From the IMG/VR virus record IMGVR_UViG_3300010043_000002, positions 1 to 34,297 of that record: 34,297 nucleotides of DNA. One strand, 5' to 3'. The position numbers and the translations under genes were made by a program. The notes below the pieces were generated by a model that saw only the letters and a list, made by a program, of their open reading frames with translations, was not told the DNA's origin and made no database searches. This document shows, in pieces, positions 16,970 to 25,643 of the stretch; the stretch's first letter is position 1, and each line of letters starts with the position of its first letter. The stretch comes from a virus. Lineage: Duplodnaviria; Caudoviricetes.

Positions 16970-17527
16970 TCAATCGCGCGTAAAAACTACCACAGCGACA
17001 AGCCCAAGGCCAAGCAAAAGCAACAACGGAAGGCCCGACGACGACTGATCGCCATTTCCTAAACTCCCATTGGTTGTCTCGATGTAGCCATTCCCGCCAG
17101 TCGAGGCGGCGGGCGCCACTCCGGCCTGCGCCATGATCTGCGCCGCGTAGTTGCGCGCCGCCGCCGATACTGTCCCTCGCTGAACGTTCCCCTCGCCGCC
17201 GTTATAACCCTGGAGCGCTTTCGACATATCGCCGCCGAACAGGCCCAAGAGATAAGTCATGTACGCGCACCATGCGTCGAGCGACAGGTTTATATCGTAA
17301 GCGTTCGGATTTTGCGGCCCAGAGCCGAAGCGCGCCCATGTGTCGGGCGTGAATTGAGCGATCCCGCGTTCTTGGGCGCCGCCGACGTACTTGCCGAAAA
17401 TCACTGTCTGGTTGAAATTCGCCGACTCCCGCGCGAGCTGGACTAGAGCGATGTTCGGATTGATGCCGCAAGAGTTGGCCCTTTGAACGATCAGCGATTT
17501 GATTTCATCGGTAGTCATGCCCTTCAC
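16970..17527 (-). CDS. Lytic transglycosylase (SLT-like) with C-terminal membrane anchor
   Basis: ARES, GIAQF.P.TW, ALQGYNGGEG motifs; C-terminal LPLLLLLGLGLVAVVVF. Confidence 0.85.
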   Translation of the reverse strand: MKGMTTDEIKSLIVQRANSCGINPNIALVQLARESANFNQTVIFGKYVGGAQERGIAQFTPDTWARFGSGPQNPNAYDINLSLDAWCAYMTYLLGLFGGDMSKALQGYNGGEGNVQRGTVSAAARNYAAQIMAQAGVAPAASTGGNGYIETTNGSLGNGDQSSSGLPLLLLLGLGLVAVVVFTRD

Positions 17528-18117
17528 CTCTTAGCCAGAAAGATCACAGCGACTAAGGCGCCGGCGCCGAGAACCCAAAGCAAATTTGTTTGCGCCTGTT
17601 CTTCCGATGGCAGTAGCGGCGGGACATATGTCCTCTGCGTCCCGGTCACATCGGGCGTATCAGTCCCGACCGTGAAAGACAGGCCGCTATCAGATGGCGG
17701 ATTTACCGCGCCGGGCGGAGTGGCGGGCTGAGATGGAGATGGAACGTAATCGATCTGTACATCATCCTTGCGCGTGACGAGAACGAAGGGCAAAAGTTGA
17801 GATATGACCGCCGCCGCTGTATTTTGTATATCGGCCCTCGATAGAAAAGTCGCCATCGTTGACGCTTTGATCAGGATATATCCATCCGAAAACCATCCCG
17901 GCGCCGTGACACTGATTTCGGGATTGGTAAAGCCGCCGCCGCCACTAAACCATGACGCCAATGCGTTTTGGACGTACAGAACGGCATCCTGTGGATTATT
18001 GAGCTGGTCGGGCATGTTCGGATAGTAAACATTGGCCCATTTATACGCGAAGCCAACGCGGATGCGCGATCCGGCAATGACGGCGACATCTCCCATCAAT
18101 GTTGGGTATCTCGTCAT
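17524..18117 (-). CDS. Membrane-anchored virion protein, paralog 4
   Basis: N-terminal LMG..VIAGS.I.VGF; C-terminal TM followed by KR. Confidence 0.75.
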   Translation of the reverse strand: MTRYPTLMGDVAVIAGSRIRVGFAYKWANVYYPNMPDQLNNPQDAVLYVQNALASWFSGGGGFTNPEISVTAPGWFSDGYILIKASTMATFLSRADIQNTAAAVISQLLPFVLVTRKDDVQIDYVPSPSQPATPPGAVNPPSDSGLSFTVGTDTPDVTGTQRTYVPPLLPSEEQAQTNLLWVLGAGALVAVIFLAKR

Positions 18118-18120
18118 TTT

Positions 18121-18357
18121 TCACGCCCCTTCGCCCTTCTCTTCTTCCCACGCCCCGGAGATCGCGAACGAATGCCCATCCTCGCAAACAACCAGCAAAC
18201 AAGCGACGATCGCGATCTTGAAGCCTCCGGGCGCCGCCCACATTCCGCCCTTACCGCAATCGGGACAGCGAACCATGAAGCGGTCGAGATAGACGGGCTT
18301 GATCGTGATCGTTTCGCCCGCGTCAAGGCCAAGTTGTTTGCGAAGCCATGCCATCAT
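18121..18357 (-). CDS. Small zinc-finger protein
   Basis: CPDC and C...CEDGH; coupled to neighbours. Confidence 0.6.
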   Translation of the reverse strand: MMAWLRKQLGLDAGETITIKPVYLDRFMVRCPDCGKGGMWAAPGGFKIAIVACLLVVCEDGHSFAISGAWEEEKGEGA

Positions 18358-19517
18358 CAGAAATTGAATACTTCGATAAGACTTAAATTTTGTGTCACAT
18401 CGTTATTAGCTACGCCAATTCCTATAGTATTTAAACTTATTATACTGGTTGCAAAATTAAATACACCGCCACTCGTAAAATCCGCGTCCCAGTTAATATT
18501 ACCCATAAAAGACCCTTTGCCTGTATTTGTCCCGGAAAGATCAAATTTAGATACACCTACGAACAGAACAAAAGATAATATAAAAGTAGTTGCACTTTTC
18601 CTGACAATATCTCCAGTCATTCGCCAACCACCTGCAACTGTAAAGGCAAGGGAAGGCGGCGTACCATTGATAGGGACATTAGGGCTGACATCAATTATGT
18701 TGCCTGCAATTCCAGAGCCTGCGCCCCCATTAAAAATAAGTCCAATTCCTTTTGTATTAGTGTTCGGCGCCAATCCACCCGCCATCGTATAATGGGCATA
18801 ATCACCATTATTCCTTAAAGAATTTGCGGGTAAAACGTCAAGATGTAAAACCGTCGGCCCACTGCCGACGTTTCCAACCGTCGTTGTATTCGGCGGGAAC
18901 GCGCGCGGGATGCCGCTGAAATTCCCTATCGGCACATTGACGCCATTGATCCGGGCCATCAATTGATTGGTCGCGCTGTTGTACCAGAGATCGCCATTGA
19001 CGGGCGTTAAGGGATCGGGCGCTACCTGACCTACGTTGACGCCGGGGTTATTCGCGCCGGGGTTGAATATTTGACGCGCGTCGTTCTGATAACTAAATGT
19101 CAAACCATCTTCAATCAGAATGCTAGTATCGTCTAGAGCGTCAGTTGTAGCCGACCCCCATATAGATATTGAGTTCAATCTCGGCGCCCGATTCTGTTCA
19201 TACAACACGCCCGTCACATCGCCCACTCGAAGAAAAGACTCCCCATTGAGAGATTGAAAAAACGAATTCCCAAAGCGTGAGGTAGCGTCAGGGATGAGCG
19301 CGAGCGCGCCCGTTCCCGGCGCCGCCACAGAAGGCGGGACGGGCGGCGCGTCGAAGCGGAGCGCCTTGTCCTCGATATTATTCGTGATCGTCGAAAACAG
19401 CGCGTCATTCGTGATCCCGTTCGATCCGTCAGGGCCGAGACCGGGCCGCACGATGTACATCTCGTCTGTCGGTTGTGGCGCTGTTAGTTGCGGGAGTTCA
19501 GTAAGTTTCGCTGACAT
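18357..19517 (-). CDS. Spike/fibre-like receptor-binding protein candidate
   Basis: N-terminal KLTELP motif, GDLWYNS..NQL motif, G/N/T-rich beta composition; low-GC C-terminal part. Confidence 0.6.
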   Translation of the reverse strand: MSAKLTELPQLTAPQPTDEMYIVRPGLGPDGSNGITNDALFSTITNNIEDKALRFDAPPVPPSVAAPGTGALALIPDATSRFGNSFFQSLNGESFLRVGDVTGVLYEQNRAPRLNSISIWGSATTDALDDTSILIEDGLTFSYQNDARQIFNPGANNPGVNVGQVAPDPLTPVNGDLWYNSATNQLMARINGVNVPIGNFSGIPRAFPPNTTTVGNVGSGPTVLHLDVLPANSLRNNGDYAHYTMAGGLAPNTNTKGIGLIFNGGAGSGIAGNIIDVSPNVPINGTPPSLAFTVAGGWRMTGDIVRKSATTFILSFVLFVGVSKFDLSGTNTGKGSFMGNINWDADFTSGGVFNFATSIISLNTIGIGVANNDVTQNLSLIEVFNF

Positions 19518-19529
19518 AATCAGTATTCG

Positions 19530-19721
19530 CTACGCTGCGCTTTCAAGCTGTAGAAAGTCATTTCCCGTAGTGTCCGATTCAAGCAATAGCCCATCAAAGC
19601 CGGAAGTGTCGGATTCAAGCAATAGAATATCGGGCGGCGGCGACGGCGCGCCCCCGCCGCCCGGCTCACGCTTGTGAAACCATAATTCATCCGGCTGATG
19701 TCGCCGTTCCCAAGAAAGCAT
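19530..19721 (-). CDS. Small virion protein with LLLESD repeats
   Basis: GAGG RBS; LLLESD x2 plus LQLES, immediately upstream of the fibre-like gene. Confidence 0.6.
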   Translation of the reverse strand: MLSWERRHQPDELWFHKREPGGGGAPSPPPDILLLESDTSGFDGLLLESDTTGNDFLQLESAA

Positions 19722-19745
19722 TCAGACCTCGAATAAGACACAGCA

Positions 19746-20261
19746 TTACGTGTTGCGCCCGAACGCCAGGACTTCACCGGAGCCGATTTTATCCGCGATT
19801 TGCGATGAGATGTGATAGGAATAAACCGTCGTTCGGATGAATCGCGGATTGGCGTCAGGCGGCGCCGAGAGTATGCCTTGTAAAGTGATAGTCTCGGCGC
19901 CTCTAGCAATCAATAATTCATCAATGTCCACAAGGAGATGCGCCGGAACAAGAGGCGTGATTGAATCGGTTGAATTGGCCACCCAACGCAACGACCCGCC
20001 CGGAGGCGGTTCAAAGTTGCGGAAGCCCGGCGCCCCCGCGACATCGGTGAACACGTAACACTCGACGCGCAGGATTACCAGATACGGCGAAGCTTCGGGA
20101 ATCTGATATGAGGCCAGCACTTGTTCAGTTGGCAAATCAATCCATGTAAGCCGATTGCCAAACCTGACGGGCTTGATCTGATGCCAAAGCGTGATGGCCT
20201 CATCGAGCGTCGCCGGATAACAGGCGTCGACAAGCTCTTTCATGTGTTTGTTGATCAGCAT
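19746..20261 (-). CDS. Putative minor capsid/vertex protein (beta-rich)
   Basis: 171 aa; alternating hydrophobic beta pattern; position in the structural operon. Confidence 0.55.
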   Translation of the reverse strand: MLINKHMKELVDACYPATLDEAITLWHQIKPVRFGNRLTWIDLPTEQVLASYQIPEASPYLVILRVECYVFTDVAGAPGFRNFEPPPGGSLRWVANSTDSITPLVPAHLLVDIDELLIARGAETITLQGILSAPPDANPRFIRTTVYSYHISSQIADKIGSGEVLAFGRNT

Positions 20262-20267
20262 AGCGAT

Positions 20268-21275
20268 TCAATACTCACACAGTCTCACACCTCTATAAGT
20301 GATAACGCTCGAATCGAGGGGAATGTCAAAGAAAGCGTTTTGCAATATCGTTTGGAGTCGATGGCGCGATTTCAATAGATAGGGTTTAGTGAATGGCCGT
20401 CCCGGATTAGCGTCTCCTTGATTCCCAAAGATCGCCTGAGACGCCGTAAGGGCTGGCGTCCAAAAAGTCTGCTCGCCAGTGTCGCTTATTTTAGCTAAAA
20501 GGCGTTTGGTTACGTCTGTCGATGCGTTGCTGAAGGCGTCATGTATTTCAACGTCGCAATCATCGGACATCGTGAATTGCGTTACCTGATTGGCGCCGTC
20601 AATCTGAAAGTCGTCAATCCTGCGTGATTGATATTCACCTACGGGCATCGTCGCAAACCAGGGGAGCCGAGAGCCTACAGCGATAATTTCGCCGTTCGGC
20701 ATCACGACGCGCGATGGCGCTTTGAATCCGGGCGTGTTGTTGATCAATTGAACGCCGACAAATGTGAGCTTAACCGTTATCACAACGGGCGGGCCTACAA
20801 GATTCGCATTCAATACCGTCCAATCGAGTTTTAGCTTTGAATGCGCTGGCAGAAAAAAAGCTTCTGGCAGTCGAACAATCGGCATGGGAAAATTAAAGCC
20901 CCGCAATCCTATTCCCGCAAGGGCGGCTAGTGGTATGTAACCGATCCTTGTAGGCGTGGCCCAGGGTATCCCGCTTTCCTCATGCGTGATGTTGACATAC
21001 GTCCAATTTTCGGTAGCCACAGTCACGGATATAAACCAGGCGCTTGCGCCAATGATCAACACATCATACTGATTCGGCCTTGTGACCACCGTAACAAACG
21101 GAATTTCACCAGGGCTTTTGACGAGATCGACGCTCGTTGTCAGATACAAGGGAACTTGAATCGGATAATGATCCGCTATCGCTTCGGCGTAAGGCGTCCA
21201 GAAGGGTGAAGCGCCCCATGATGAGCCTACGAAATCACCTGTGGGTATTGCGCTATTTGTGGCTAGTTGATTCAT
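20268..21275 (-). CDS. Putative minor capsid protein (two beta-rich halves)
   Basis: Start 21275 by ATGA overlap; both halves end in similar motifs (LPEAFFLP..S.L...LTFVGVQL / FTKPYLL..R..L...ITYRGVRL). Confidence 0.6.
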   Translation of the reverse strand: MNQLATNSAIPTGDFVGSSWGASPFWTPYAEAIADHYPIQVPLYLTTSVDLVKSPGEIPFVTVVTRPNQYDVLIIGASAWFISVTVATENWTYVNITHEESGIPWATPTRIGYIPLAALAGIGLRGFNFPMPIVRLPEAFFLPAHSKLKLDWTVLNANLVGPPVVITVKLTFVGVQLINNTPGFKAPSRVVMPNGEIIAVGSRLPWFATMPVGEYQSRRIDDFQIDGANQVTQFTMSDDCDVEIHDAFSNASTDVTKRLLAKISDTGEQTFWTPALTASQAIFGNQGDANPGRPFTKPYLLKSRHRLQTILQNAFFDIPLDSSVITYRGVRLCEY

Positions 21276-21760
21276 GATCCGAAACCTACGCTGTAATCCC
21301 ATCCGCCGTTGATAGGATTTGTCAGTCTCAACGCGCGCCATGTCCATAGCCCGCCAGTTACCGGGATCAGTTGAGAGGGAATGAGAGCGGAGTTCGTGAA
21401 TTGCAATGCCAGCCTGCCCTGTCTACGCACAAAGAAGGGTTGAACTAATGGCAACACTGGCAGGACTTGACCGGAGACGCCAGCTAAGGCGTTTACGGGA
21501 GTGTCCTGTGGAGTTGGATTGTCGTTCGACATCCACTCATATTGTGGCGACACCGAGCGAATGCGAACAAGCACGGCGGGATTATTGAAATTAACCGTTG
21601 CGGCAAAAAATAAAACGTCTTCGCTGATTTCGTTTGTAAAAACTATTGGAGGCCGTTCATTCGCAACGCCTGTAAAGCCTATCGAGATCGTGTCGATTAA
21701 TTCAAGATGCGTCGCGTAGCGATCTAAAATCTGATACACATACTTAGTGAAAAAATACAT
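21272..21760 (-). CDS. Putative minor capsid protein (beta-rich)
   Basis: LAG..G...PV.PL.QPFFV..QGRL.L.FT motif shared with 20268-21275. Confidence 0.6.
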   Translation of the reverse strand: MYFFTKYVYQILDRYATHLELIDTISIGFTGVANERPPIVFTNEISEDVLFFAATVNFNNPAVLVRIRSVSPQYEWMSNDNPTPQDTPVNALAGVSGQVLPVLPLVQPFFVRRQGRLALQFTNSALIPSQLIPVTGGLWTWRALRLTNPINGGWDYSVGFGS

Positions 21761-21772
21761 CTCTTCTCTCCA

Positions 21773-22024
21773 TCATCCGCGCAGCCCGGAGCCGCGCGCC
21801 ATGCCGTAAACCTGCATGACGAGTTCATGCGTATCCATCTCTTTGTCGTAAGCTTCTTTCTCTTCTTCGGTGAAATGGATTGAATGGCCGTTACTGAGCG
21901 CCACGTCATAGCCGGGCGTGATCCAAAACGCGAAGCGGCGCCAGCCCGATGTGTCGCGCTTCTTGATCGCGACGACGTTGAGTATCGGCAAGCGATATCG
22001 GCCTATCTGTTTGATCGGATTCAC
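21773..22024 (-). CDS. Hypothetical protein
   Basis: GAGAGG RBS, GTG start; 83 aa. Confidence 0.65.
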   Translation of the reverse strand: MNPIKQIGRYRLPILNVVAIKKRDTSGWRRFAFWITPGYDVALSNGHSIHFTEEEKEAYDKEMDTHELVMQVYGMARGSGLRG

Positions 22025-22041
22025 GGCGGCGCCTCTCTTTC

Positions 22042-22082
22042 AAAAAATCCCGCGAGGCGAGCGCGCGGCCCGCCCCGCGAGT
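22042..22082 (-). terminator. Intrinsic terminator downstream of the capsid candidate
   Basis: Minus strand: CTCGCGGGGCGGGC...GCTCGCCTCGCGGG followed by ATTTTTT. Confidence 0.7.
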
Positions 22083-22233
22083 TCGATCACTTGCTAGCTC
22101 TGGCTTTGAAAGAGATCACTAGCTGCTATCTATTGATCGCATAAACTTTGTGCTAAAATACAAAACGGGCCGAACAAGTGTTGACGCACCTGTCGGCCCT
22201 CACCACAAAATTTTCTGTGTAGGAGAAAATCTC

Positions 22234-23130
22234 ATGGCTAAGACCTATCGTGTCATTCCTGCGCTTACCGCGCAAGACATCAAACGTTTTGAAAAATTTG
22301 TTGATCGTTCGCCCGGCCAGGGGCCGAACGGAGATTGCCATCAATGGCAAGGCTTCAGAAATCCTAAAGCCGGTCATGGAACATTCGGTCTTCATGACCG
22401 CGCATATCTGGCGCATCGCGTCGCTTACTTGATCTATCACGGCGAGATCGACCCGACGCTTCAAATCCTTCACAAGTGCGGCAATGGCGCCTGCGTTCGC
22501 AAGGAGCATTTGCGGCAAGGCGATCAATCTGAAAATTCCTTTGATGGATGGCGCTTCAGAAGAGAGAACATTGCTTACACGCCCGATCCCGATCACGTTC
22601 CCATCGGCAGACGCAAACCGCAGACAGTCGAGGAGCGTTTTTGGTCGTTTGTTGATAAGACGCCGGGACAAGGGCCGAATGGCGATTGCTGGATATGGAC
22701 AGCGGGCAAGCGAAAAGGTTATGGCGCATTCAATCGGCGCAAGGGCGAGATGTGGGACGCCCATCGCTTCTCTTACTACCTTGCGCATGGCCGCATCAAT
22801 AAATCCAAAGTCCTTCTTCACATTTGCGACAATCGAGCATGCGTCAATCCCGCTCACCTTAAACAAGGCACGCAGGCTGACAACCTGCGCGATATGCGCG
22901 ATAAAGGCCGCGATGCGAGAGGCATTAAGCATGGCAGTAAGACTCATCCCGAATCCGTTGTCAGAGGTGAGCAAGTGATTAACGCAAAGCTCACCGAAGA
23001 CCAAGTAAGAGAGATCAGACGCCTTGCTGATAGCGGCGTGAGTCACGGCGATATTGCGAAGCAATATGGAATGAGCCGCGCCGCTATCAGCATGATTGCT
23101 GAAAGAAAACGATGGAAACACGTTGTATGA
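22234..23130 (+). CDS. Free-standing homing endonuclease with two tandem HNH domains and a C-terminal HTH
   Basis: Two repeats of FVD..PGQGPNGDC..W...AHR..Y...HG.I....LH.C.N.ACV...HL.QG...N; AKLTE.QV.EIR tail; AGGAG RBS. Confidence 0.9.
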   Translation: MAKTYRVIPALTAQDIKRFEKFVDRSPGQGPNGDCHQWQGFRNPKAGHGTFGLHDRAYLAHRVAYLIYHGEIDPTLQILHKCGNGACVRKEHLRQGDQSENSFDGWRFRRENIAYTPDPDHVPIGRRKPQTVEERFWSFVDKTPGQGPNGDCWIWTAGKRKGYGAFNRRKGEMWDAHRFSYYLAHGRINKSKVLLHICDNRACVNPAHLKQGTQADNLRDMRDKGRDARGIKHGSKTHPESVVRGEQVINAKLTEDQVREIRRLADSGVSHGDIAKQYGMSRAAISMIAERKRWKHVV

Positions 23131-23162
23131 CGTGCTTCATGCTCTATATGCGGTATGCACTG

Positions 23163-23945
23163 TTAACCCGTGACCGGCTGTATGCCGATCCCGGCGAGTC
23201 CAACCCTGACGCGGACAGTGACGCCGGCGCCGATAGTGAAAGGATTTTGTACTTTCATCCTGACGCCGAATTTGGTCAGCTCTGGCAGATGGCGCATGAC
23301 CGGCATCTGATATGCCCATCCAACGCCGTTGTTAACCCATCCGTCCGGCAGCGCGCCGACATCTCCGCTTATTCCGTAAGCGCCCGCCGGAAAGCGCCAA
23401 CCAGGGCCGTCCTCAAAATTCGTTTGATTGACGAAGAGAACGAAGTAAGTACTTTCCTGAAAGGCCCGCATGAGGTTGCCCATGTTCTCGACGGGAGCGG
23501 TGATCCCCGGATTGAGGGCGAGGTTTAGGAAGTTCCCCGTCGTTTGAAGCGTGGCGTCTGGCGAAGCGACGATCGCGAACTGCACACTGATTTGCCAAAT
23601 CAACGCTTCGTAACCTTTGGCGAGCTGGCCGCCGCCGACTATCCACGGCGAGACGTCGATCTCTTGTTTCGAGTATGGCGTTCCGGCGATGAACAAGCTT
23701 TGCTGTTGGCCGAGCGCGTTTTGATAGAACACGAAATCGCGAACGGGCATCGCTCCCGGATCTATTCGCAGCGTGTCGTAGAGTTCGACGCCGGTTATTG
23801 AAGCGAGACGCCCGCCGTTGGCGGCGATGAATTGCGCGATCTGTTGATAATAGCTCGGATTGATTTGATCGAGCGTGGTAGGCAATCCCGGCATCGACGT
23901 ATTCGTGAAGCCGAAATTCGGAGGATTATCATAGAATCCTGGCAT
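23163..23945 (-). CDS. Candidate major capsid protein (jelly-roll-like, 260 aa)
   Basis: Strong RBS, beta-rich (LYDTLRI...FVFY...FGVRMKV...VRVRVGLAG), follows the core-protein gene, has a downstream terminator; no HK97 features seen; fold not verified. Confidence 0.55.
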   Translation of the reverse strand: MPGFYDNPPNFGFTNTSMPGLPTTLDQINPSYYQQIAQFIAANGGRLASITGVELYDTLRIDPGAMPVRDFVFYQNALGQQQSLFIAGTPYSKQEIDVSPWIVGGGQLAKGYEALIWQISVQFAIVASPDATLQTTGNFLNLALNPGITAPVENMGNLMRAFQESTYFVLFVNQTNFEDGPGWRFPAGAYGISGDVGALPDGWVNNGVGWAYQMPVMRHLPELTKFGVRMKVQNPFTIGAGVTVRVRVGLAGIGIQPVTG

Positions 23946-24034
23946 GGTGATTTTCTCCCATTCTTTCTTGAAGCTGTTTACCCTTCACGCGAGCGGCCCC
24001 ATGCCAAAGCCCTCGCGCGACTATCGAATTATCC

Positions 24035-24748
24035 TTAGTGGCCCCACACTCCGGGGCGCACGCCGAAACCCTGCATGCCATTGGCCGGATGCGCTGGCGC
24101 TGGCGGCGGCGGAACGATCAAGGGCGGTTGCCCTGTAGTGACGCCGATTCCCGCCATCCCTCGCGGGCGATAGCCAGACCACGGCCCCGACATCGTCGGC
24201 GCCGCCGCCGCAGTCACGCCTGCGAGCGTGCGAGATACAAACGGTTGAATGATCTGTATCACTGCGGTAGACAGGCCGAGAATGATCGTCGGCTGCGCGA
24301 ATCGTCTCGTCGCTCCGAACATATGGAACAATTTTCCGAGGCCCCAACCTGTCAAGGCTGTGATCGCGGGCGCGTTGAATTGGCCGAGCGGCAGAAAGCC
24401 TCCGATCAGTCTATTGACGAGCGGTTGCGCGATACCGAGGCCGAACCCGCCTATAGCGAAATTGAATATCTCGCCGCCTGATACCGCAGGATTGCGATGA
24501 TGGCGGCGATGGTGTCGCCGTCTAATCGGATTGGTACGGCGCGCTCGCGCGAATACTCCATAGCGATGATGGCGCCTCGTTCTGCGGCGGCGCCTGACAG
24601 GGTTGACCGGATTGAGAGGATTTTGGCGCCGAGCGTGAATGCGGCGCCTGCGTCTACGTGCTGGCATACTTCGTCTCCTTTTCGGATTGACCAACGCCAA
24701 AACCGAGGGCGCCGGATTGATTACTCTTCTACGGACAAGGCGAGTCAT
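24035..24748 (-). CDS. Arg-rich (protamine-like) N-terminus with hydrophobic segments; putative core/membrane protein
   Basis: GGAG RBS before 24748; poly-Arg/His with repeated NP, then hydrophobic helices and a Pro-rich tail. Confidence 0.8.
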   Translation of the reverse strand: MTRLVRRRVINPAPSVLALVNPKRRRSMPARRRRRRIHARRQNPLNPVNPVRRRRRTRRHHRYGVFARARRTNPIRRRHHRRHHRNPAVSGGEIFNFAIGGFGLGIAQPLVNRLIGGFLPLGQFNAPAITALTGWGLGKLFHMFGATRRFAQPTIILGLSTAVIQIIQPFVSRTLAGVTAAAAPTMSGPWSGYRPRGMAGIGVTTGQPPLIVPPPPAPAHPANGMQGFGVRPGVWGH

Positions 24749-24756
24749 ATAATTGA

Positions 24757-24807
24757 CTCCTTCTGCGTCATTGCGGTGAATAGCGGCGGCGACGCGATCC
24801 GACCGCA
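24757..24807 (-). repeat. Structured 5'-leader repeat, copy 2
   Basis: TGCGGTCGGATCGCGTCGCCGCCGCTA...CGCAATGACGCAGAAGGAG on the minus strand; similar to 25585-25633. Confidence 0.75.
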
Positions 24808-24927
24808 TAAAGTCATTAAACTGTTACAATTGAGGCTGATTTGTGATAGGATAGGGACAGCTTGGACGGAAGCGGCTAACTTTCGCCCAAGCCTAACCAC
24901 ATCATTCGTAATGGAGATACGAACAGC

Positions 24928-25554
24928 ATGGCTAAGTTCACTATACTCACTGAAAAACAATGCACCAAATGCAAAAAGATCAAGCCTGTTGAACTTTTTG
25001 AACCGCTTTACAAAAAGCCCGGCAAATTCACTTCTCATTGTCGTGACTGCCGTAATCGTGAAAGCTCTGCACGCTATAGACGCAAAAGAGCTGCTATGCC
25101 TAAGCGTCAGCGCATTGATACTAAGTGGAAGAAATGCGCCAGATGTAAAGAGGTAAAACTCCGATCTCAATTTCGTCGGAGAACTGATGGCCGACCCCAC
25201 CTTGTACAACCATATTGCAATGATTGTTTTCAAGGGACGCGCAGAGAAATCGGTAAGCGTTGGAGAGCGACGCCAAAAGGCAAGCGCAGAATGAGCCATT
25301 ACCATCTCAAGCGAGTGTTTGGCATTTCGATAGAAGACTTCGAAGTAATTCTTGATTGTCAGAATAACCAATGCCTGATATGCCTGAATCCATTTTCTAA
25401 AGAGAAAGGACGAAGGCCCAGTGTTGATCACTGCCACGCTACCGGAGTCATTCGAGGGGTCTTGTGCGCGTTCTGCAACGGCATGCTCGGCAAGGCGAAA
25501 GATGATCCCGCCTTTTTTAAGCGCGCTATTGAGTATTTGAAACGCGGTGGATAG
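24928..25554 (+). CDS. Endonuclease VII-family homing endonuclease with two N-terminal zinc modules
   Basis: KQCTKCK..KP...F repeats; Q...CLIC...VDHCH.TG.IRGVLC..CN..LG...DD......AIEYL. Confidence 0.9.
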   Translation: MAKFTILTEKQCTKCKKIKPVELFEPLYKKPGKFTSHCRDCRNRESSARYRRKRAAMPKRQRIDTKWKKCARCKEVKLRSQFRRRTDGRPHLVQPYCNDCFQGTRREIGKRWRATPKGKRRMSHYHLKRVFGISIEDFEVILDCQNNQCLICLNPFSKEKGRRPSVDHCHATGVIRGVLCAFCNGMLGKAKDDPAFFKRAIEYLKRGG

Positions 25555-25584
25555 TTTCCGTTTGACAAGCGGCATTGCTTATCT

Positions 25585-25633
25585 CTCTTTCTTGCGTCTT
25601 TGCGTTTAGCGGGCGGCGACGCGACCGACCGCA
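25585..25633 (-). repeat. Structured 5'-leader repeat, copy 1
   Basis: TGCGGTCGGTCGCGTCGCCGCCCGCTAAACGCAAAGACGCAAGAAAGAG on the minus strand. Confidence 0.75.
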
Positions 25634-25643
25634 AGCTCGTTAC

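Noticed and set aside
17968-18792. 274-aa plus-strand ORF
   Set aside because: Shadow of three well-supported minus-strand genes; no RBS or recognisable motifs
22100-23160. Group I intron carrying the HNH gene
   Set aside because: Flanking genes are intact, the ORF is antisense, and the flanks are too short, with no recognisable P/Q/R/S elements
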